Below are positions 58,854 through 64,000 of a stretch of DNA of 64,000 nucleotides, piece after piece. Made by a program: the position numbers and the translations under genes. Each line of letters starts with the position of its first letter. Position 1 is the first letter of the stretch. Source of the DNA: Octopus vulgaris (taxonomy: Eukaryota); the NCBI GenBank assembly GCA_951406725.2, contig OX597816.1, forward strand, positions 89,404,001 through 89,468,000. The letters are read 5' to 3'. The notes beneath the pieces are model-generated. The model searched no databases, had not been told where the DNA came from, and was given only the letters and a program-made list of their open reading frames with translations.

Positions 58854-60211
58854 CTATCCGTTTTCTTTAGGGGACCGAAAACGTAACAGAAATTTAGTCA
58901 CATGTGGGCATGATCCGAAAAGCTCTGTCCTTGTATTTAGACATGTGGTAGGGTCTAAGCTGCTTTTCCAGATAAGCCATCTCTCCATGTCGCATAAACC
59001 GCACCTTCCGCTGCCGTTAGTATAGGGCTTACATCTGGCCAAAATCTTCCATTGTATGTTATAATCGACACCTTTATCTCTTAAAGACCAAATATGATTG
59101 GATAATTGTGTCGCTTTTCTTTTGTTCCAGTGCCTAAAGCTCAAAGTGTGGTTATTGAACCTGGCCTTGAAATTACCCTCTGTCAGGCCCACGTATTTCT
59201 TCGTCGAAACGGTGTCTTTAGTGGTTATAGAGTTTACGGTAGCTTCATATATGATGGTCTTGGACATGCAAGCTCCATTTAGCGGGCACAATTCTTTATT
59301 CCTGCATGAACAGCTGTTTTCTTCTTGTGTTTTTTGTATGTTATGATTGATTATGTTTTTAAAATTGGTAGTTGAACTAAAACTAATTTTTAAATTGTGT
59401 CTATTGAAGAGTTTCCTATAAGCATGGTTAACTGGAAAATGTCTATCTATCAGTGCTAGGAAATATTTACCTATATTGAAGGCCACCTCGGGTGAGTAAG
59501 GGGGCGTAAACCAGATGACCTTCCTATTTCTATTATTCCTTTTCCTTACTGTTGGGCTGGTGATAGGTGTATATTTTATTTTTTCGCTAAAACCACTATC
59601 TTTTAAAGCTTTATTATAAACTGGGGCAACGCTATTGAAGATGTCCTCATTAGATGAGAGGCTAGAAATCCTCTTACTAATATTTTTAACTAAACTTTTG
59701 AATACTATAGGGGGATGGCATGAACCTACATTAATATAACTTAGTCTATCAATGGGCTTCCTATAAGGCTTATAAATATTATTATTAAGATCTAAGGAAA
59801 CGTCTAAGAAATTGACAACCGTCAGGTTAGTGTCTATAGTTATACTAGGTCCGAAGTGTTTCATTAACTGGATAATATCCTTCCTAAAACGATCTTGTGC
59901 TGGTCCATTTGTATTAGCTGTTAAGGCGAGGGCATCATCTTTGTAGATGGCGAAATGTACGTTAGGGAATGTCTTACCGAAGGTATCTAGGAGAAAGAGT
60001 CCAATTAGATCACAGATGCCTGCCCCATCATATGAACCCATGCTCACATCGAAAGCGCCCTCCGTGTCGGTGTTTTTTACCCACTTTGCATTCTCACTGA
60101 AAAGTAATGTCTTTCTAGCATGGAAGATTATATCCTTATCATTGGTACTAATTTCTATGAAGTCACTAGCGAAGATTAGGGCTTTATCTAGCAGTTCTTT
60201 AGAGATAGAGG
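58854..60211 (-). CDS. PLE polyprotein C-terminal part: reverse transcriptase + Cys-rich linker + GIY-YIG endonuclease (5'-truncated, no native start)
   Basis: Frame stays open upstream of the track ORF (SISKELLDKALIFASDF...FDVSMGSYDGAGICDLIGL). Motifs: YKDD, FLDVSLDL, YKPYRKP, WFTPPYS, CSCRNKELCPLNGAC, IIYEATV...YVGLTEGNFKARFNNHTLSF, CGLCDMER, SCPH. These match Naiad-type PLE motifs from memory. Confidence 0.9.
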
Positions 60212-60224
60212 CATTTAGAGTTAT

Positions 60225-60817
60225 ATAGACATTTTCCAGTTAACCATGCTTATAGGAAACTCTTCAATAGACACAATTTAAAAATTAGTTTTAGTTCAAC
60301 TACCAATTTTAAAAACATAATCAATCATAACATACAAAAGACACAAGAAGAAAACAGCTGTTCATGCAGGAATAAAGAATTGTGCCCGCTAAATGGAGCT
60401 TGCATGTCCAAGACCATCATATATGAAGCTACCGTAAACTCTATAACCACTAAAGACACCGTTTCGACGAAGAAATACGTGGGCCTGACAGAGGGTAATT
60501 TCAAGGCCAGGTTCAATAACCACACTTTGAGCTTTAGGCACTGGAACAAAAGAAAAGCGACACAATTATCCAATCATATTTGGTCTTTAAGAGATAAAGG
60601 TGTCGATTATAACATACAATGGAAGATTTTGGCCAGATGTAAGCCCTATACTAACGGCAGCGGAAGGTGCGGTTTATGCGACATGGAGAGATGGCTTATC
60701 TGGAAAAGCAGCTTAGACCCTACCACATGTCTAAATACAAGGACAGAGCTTTTCGGATCATGCCCACATGTGACTAAATTTCTGTTACGTTTTCGGTCCC
60801 CTAAAGAAAATGGATAG
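60225..60817 (+). pseudogene. Inverted duplicate of the PLE endonuclease-coding 3' end
   Basis: ORF 60380-60817 translates identically to the C-terminus of the 58854-60047 ORF; it lies inside the inverted arm. Confidence 0.9.
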
Positions 60818-61012
60818 AACATGCATTCTGTGTTATGTCCCAAGAAGATTTTATATATTTTCATATATTTTTATATATTTTTATGTATTTTTATATAGTT
60901 TTTATGACGAAAAATGCGAGCGATGTATAAGTACGCAGGCAAAGCAGAGTTATAACAGAGTAATTTCCCTTCATTTTTAACGGTATTTTTTCATAACGTT
61001 TTCAAATAGCCA

Positions 61013-61073
61013 GATAACCGAAGAGATGGTGTTGTGGATTTCCACTTCGGCATCTGAAACTCAGAGTTTTATC
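61013..61073 (+). ncRNA. Type I hammerhead-like motif in the PLE terminal repeat (mirror copy at 58598-58658, minus strand)
   Basis: gataa-ccgaaga-gatg...catc-t-gaaa-ctcagag-tt-ttatc: stem I gataa/ttatc, stem II gatg/catc, near-palindromic stem III. Core is CCGAAGA rather than CUGANGA. Confidence 0.65.
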
Positions 61074-61096
61074 TTGACTACCGAGTAATGTAACAT

Positions 61097-61127
<31 letters not shown>

Positions 61128-61165
61128 ACAAAATGGGACAAGAACGGCCCATTCGGAGTTTTCTT

Positions 61166-61238
61166 TCCTCAGTCGAGTTCCAGATTATCTTTGCAATTTC
61201 GGCTGGTTATACTCGAGATTGCTCCAATCTGGCCAGCC
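61166..61238 (-). ncRNA. Candidate non-circularly permuted hammerhead ribozyme (copy A)
   Basis: Minus strand reads ggctgg-ccagatt-gga-gcaa-TC-tcgagt-ataa-ccagcc-GAAA-ttgc-aaagat-aatctgg-a-actcga-CTGAGGA, giving four perfect helices. Confidence 0.65.
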
Positions 61239-61246
61239 CCAAGGAA

Positions 61247-62006
61247 AGACTTTGAGCATCACCTTAGCTGCTGAGGGTTGGGCACGAGCCATCGTTGGAG
61301 GTGGTGTGTTATGCTGCCATTGCTTAGACTGGTCATTAGTCTCAGGATCATAGTGACGAAACCATGTTTCGTCCTGTGTGATAAGTCTGCCGAAAAAGTC
61401 CTTCCTGTTTTCTTGGCACATTGCCAAAAGACTCTGGGCGCAAATGACTCGTTCCTGCTTCTGAAAGTTGTGAGCATCCGCAGAATCTATCATGCAGATA
61501 ACATCCGCATGTGCAAATGGCCGTGAATGAAATTTTCCACAGGCCCTACACTTATTTTTATTTCGTGGACTAGTTGCCGAATAGTTGTATGGCGATCCTA
61601 CAAAATAGCGGCTCCCACTGTATAGATGGTGTCGTCATCAATGGCGGTATATGGTCGTCCATGAATAGGATCACTTTCCATCGATGTCCGATCATATTTG
61701 AACTGGTGATGCCAGTGCTTGACTACATCGTATGATGGTGCATCGTCACCATAGACTTCTTTCTTCTCATCAAAAGTCTCATGTGGTGTACCATCTTTCA
61801 AGTATGAGAACTTGATCACTGATCCGCATTCAACTGCCTCCATTATAACACATCCGCTTTAGCAGCCGTAAAAGACAAACGAATACAAGTGGAAAGCTGC
61901 AATTTACAATGTAACATGTAGAGACATGTATGATTCTACCTGTACAAGTCCCGTTTCCTGCAATAACGGGAATGGATCAGAGGAAATCTTTAATGAACAT
62001 CCCTCG
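61247..62006 (-). mobile_element. Mariner (Tc1/mariner) transposon 5' half, pseudogenised
   Basis: TA+CGAGGG terminus at 62008-62001. HTH region VIKF...EVYGDDAPSYDVVKHW...GRP; catalytic-domain start LITQDETWFRHYDPE..QSKQW...SAAKVM; stops and frameshifts present. Confidence 0.9.
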
Positions 62007-62084
62007 TATATACAAACGCATGCATATAATGCTTTTGTCGTTTTATGCAAAACCTTTCCTGTATAAAAATAATTATTACAGACT

Positions 62085-62547
62085 GAAGCAACATTAGTAC
62101 CAAAAAGCAATCTTTAATTAGCGTGGTTGTTTTGTTTGAACAACGAATACTGTGGTGTTCGCCTTGAGAGGACCTCTCAATCATATTTGTATCGTTGGCA
62201 GAGGAAAATCATCTGCTATTGCCGCTGGACTTGCTGCGTCTCTTCAGTGACATTTGTCCGCTCGTTGAATACCAGCCAAATCTAGACACTCACGTCATAA
62301 ATAGCCTGCACGTTTTCTAAATGATAACTATTAGCGACATAAGCAGTATCAATACCAAAAGCAATCTTTTTATCCATCTTAACGTGGATACTTTGTTAGA
62401 ATGACAAATCTGTGGTATTTACCTGAAGAGAACCTCTCAAGGCGCTTCATACATCTACAGGAGAGGTCTTCTCAAGACCAATACTGCAGTATTCAACGTT
62501 CGAATAGAACATCCACGTTAAGCTGAATATAAAGATTGCCTTTCACA
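62085..62547. repeat. Diverged second member of the same fold-back family, opposite orientation
   Basis: attagcgaca..agcagtat.aataccaaaag..tcttt..aacgtggat matches the reverse complement of 36100-36186. Units at about 62085-62180, 62330-62440 and (inverted) 62460-62547. Confidence 0.75.
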
Positions 62548-64000
62548 TGTACTTTTCGTTTCGATCAATCACTTAGTTCTCTAATGTGTCCAAAAGATAG
62601 AGTAATAGGAGTATACCTAGAATATAAATGTAACATAACAGAATCTGGAATGTGACTATGAATGGGGTCAGTTGATTAAAAATTGAATATATATTGAGTA
62701 AAATTTATTTTCCAAACAGTTCTGTGTTTGTAACCATTCGCGGATTCTATTGCTTAGTTCTGGGGAAAAGTAACTTATTTGTGGCTCCGTAGGATCCAAC
62801 AGAAAGCATTGGACTTTTTAAAAAATTAATCCCCATCGGTATCAAAGATGAGTAATCAGTTTTTTCTTATCAACGGCTAAGTATTCGACAAATACGTGTA
62901 CCGTTGAGTTTATCCTCAAATTGAATCCAGCATAAAAAAATATGCAAAGGCTGGACTTTTTGAATTATAGTTACAGTCAAAATTATGACTGTCCATACAT
63001 TTTCCGTCTACCCTGCCTCGCAAACAAGGCTCTGATTCACTCAGATAAAGTAAAAGACCCTTGCCTAAGATGCTATGTTGTGATTGTGAATCAGGTTTCG
63101 TTTATATATTCGGTAGTGTTGCGTCCATGGAGACGTTTATAAACGAAGCATACTTCATATATGCATTACCTCTGCAGTTTGTTTTCACTAAATGTTTTTA
63201 CTCGGAGCTAACCGTTAAGCTAAATCTGATTACGTTGAGTCAATGTTCTCTATTTAATTAAACACAAGACCAGGTGGGAATTTAAATACGACCTGTTGAC
63301 TTCAGAAATAGTAACCACATGTCCATCGAATCAAAACCTCAACCATTTTTAGGGCGGAAGGACATATTGTACGATGTAGTTCTAGATAGCCTTAAAAAGA
63401 TATGAAGGATTATGCTTAGAATGATTTCAATCAACGTTGTTGTGGAGCTTTAAAAAACATTATTAAACTACCAATCTTTTTATTTTTGCTTACCTCTGTC
63501 GGCTTGTTTACGTATTTATTGACCTGGGTTTGCTTTTTCATCCATCTGTGTAACTATGTGGCTGCACAGGAAAAGATTTGTCTAGTTTTCGAAAGATTGA
63601 TAGAAGTAATTCAACAAAAATACAAATGAAATAAAACAAACTATTAATACAGAAGATAAAAGAGGGTCAGATGGAAATGATAAATGACACAAGACATGCG
63701 TTTATGAGGGGCTCGTTGACTGCAGCAACCTTGGATTTGTTTTACAATTTTACTTTCATGCAACTTAATTGCATTAACTGCAGTTGCCTGTTTGAAGTGT
63801 CTTGTGATATATAGTTATCTAGCAAATGTTCTTCAAAGATAAATACCAAGAGCAAATCTTTTGAGGGTTTCTTCAGAAATGAGAAACATTTATACATGTT
63901 CATTTTCATACATCAAATGCTAATGTATATCTGTGTAATATTTAGATGTGTATGAATGCGGTCATAAATCCATAGGTACACAAATATATAAGCATATGTA

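Larger units (their letters stand above)
58499..61104 (-). mobile_element. Young Penelope-like retroelement (Naiad-type), 5'-truncated, with inverted terminal duplication, inserted in (TA)n
   Basis: Minus-strand RT + GIY-YIG frame 58854-60211, then 3' UTR to 58499. 60225-61104 is the reverse complement of 58567-59446 (880 bp, two mismatches noticed). (TA)n on both flanks. An inverted partial repeat with a 3' extension is typical PLE architecture. Confidence 0.93.

Noticed and set aside
58854-60211. Selenoprotein-type Naiad (in-frame UGA)
   Set aside because: No in-frame TGA in the retained part; the Cys motifs are ordinary cysteines.
61166-61240. HDV-like ribozyme reading of the pseudoknot
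   Set aside because: P3 is not followed directly by P1 and there is no catalytic C in a J4/2 context; hammerhead core elements explain the junctions better.
63790-63838. Hairpin tttgaag...cttcaaa suggestive of a pre-miRNA
   Set aside because: The 3' arm is an insertion absent from the paralogous block at 57320-57360, and the stem is weak.

Overview
AT-rich, microsatellite-saturated eukaryotic DNA. The SINE families and the density of (TA)n/(CA)n/(ATAC)n/(AGAT)n tracts strongly resemble an octopod cephalopod genome (Octopus sp.; inference, no database search). I find no host protein-coding exon I can support, and nearly all ORF-track entries are microsatellite translations. The window is a transposon graveyard: tRNA-derived SINEs, CR1-, RTE- and R4/Dong-like LINE fragments, a Gypsy RT fragment, two mariner relics, hAT- and Helitron-like ends, and several Penelope-like elements (PLEs). 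One PLE is a very young Naiad-type insertion (58499-61104) with an 880-bp inverted terminal duplication. The main non-obvious signal is at the RNA level: about 15 hammerhead-ribozyme (HHR)-like motifs from several unrelated repeat families, mostly next to (TA)n. Three of them (61166-61238, 28105-28178, 5940-6100, all minus strand) carry the HHR core pieces in a non-circularly permuted, pseudoknotted strand order. Two of these show compensatory base changes, and the third has the same topology with unrelated stem sequences. All structure calls were made by eye and need folding, covariance-model and cleavage tests.
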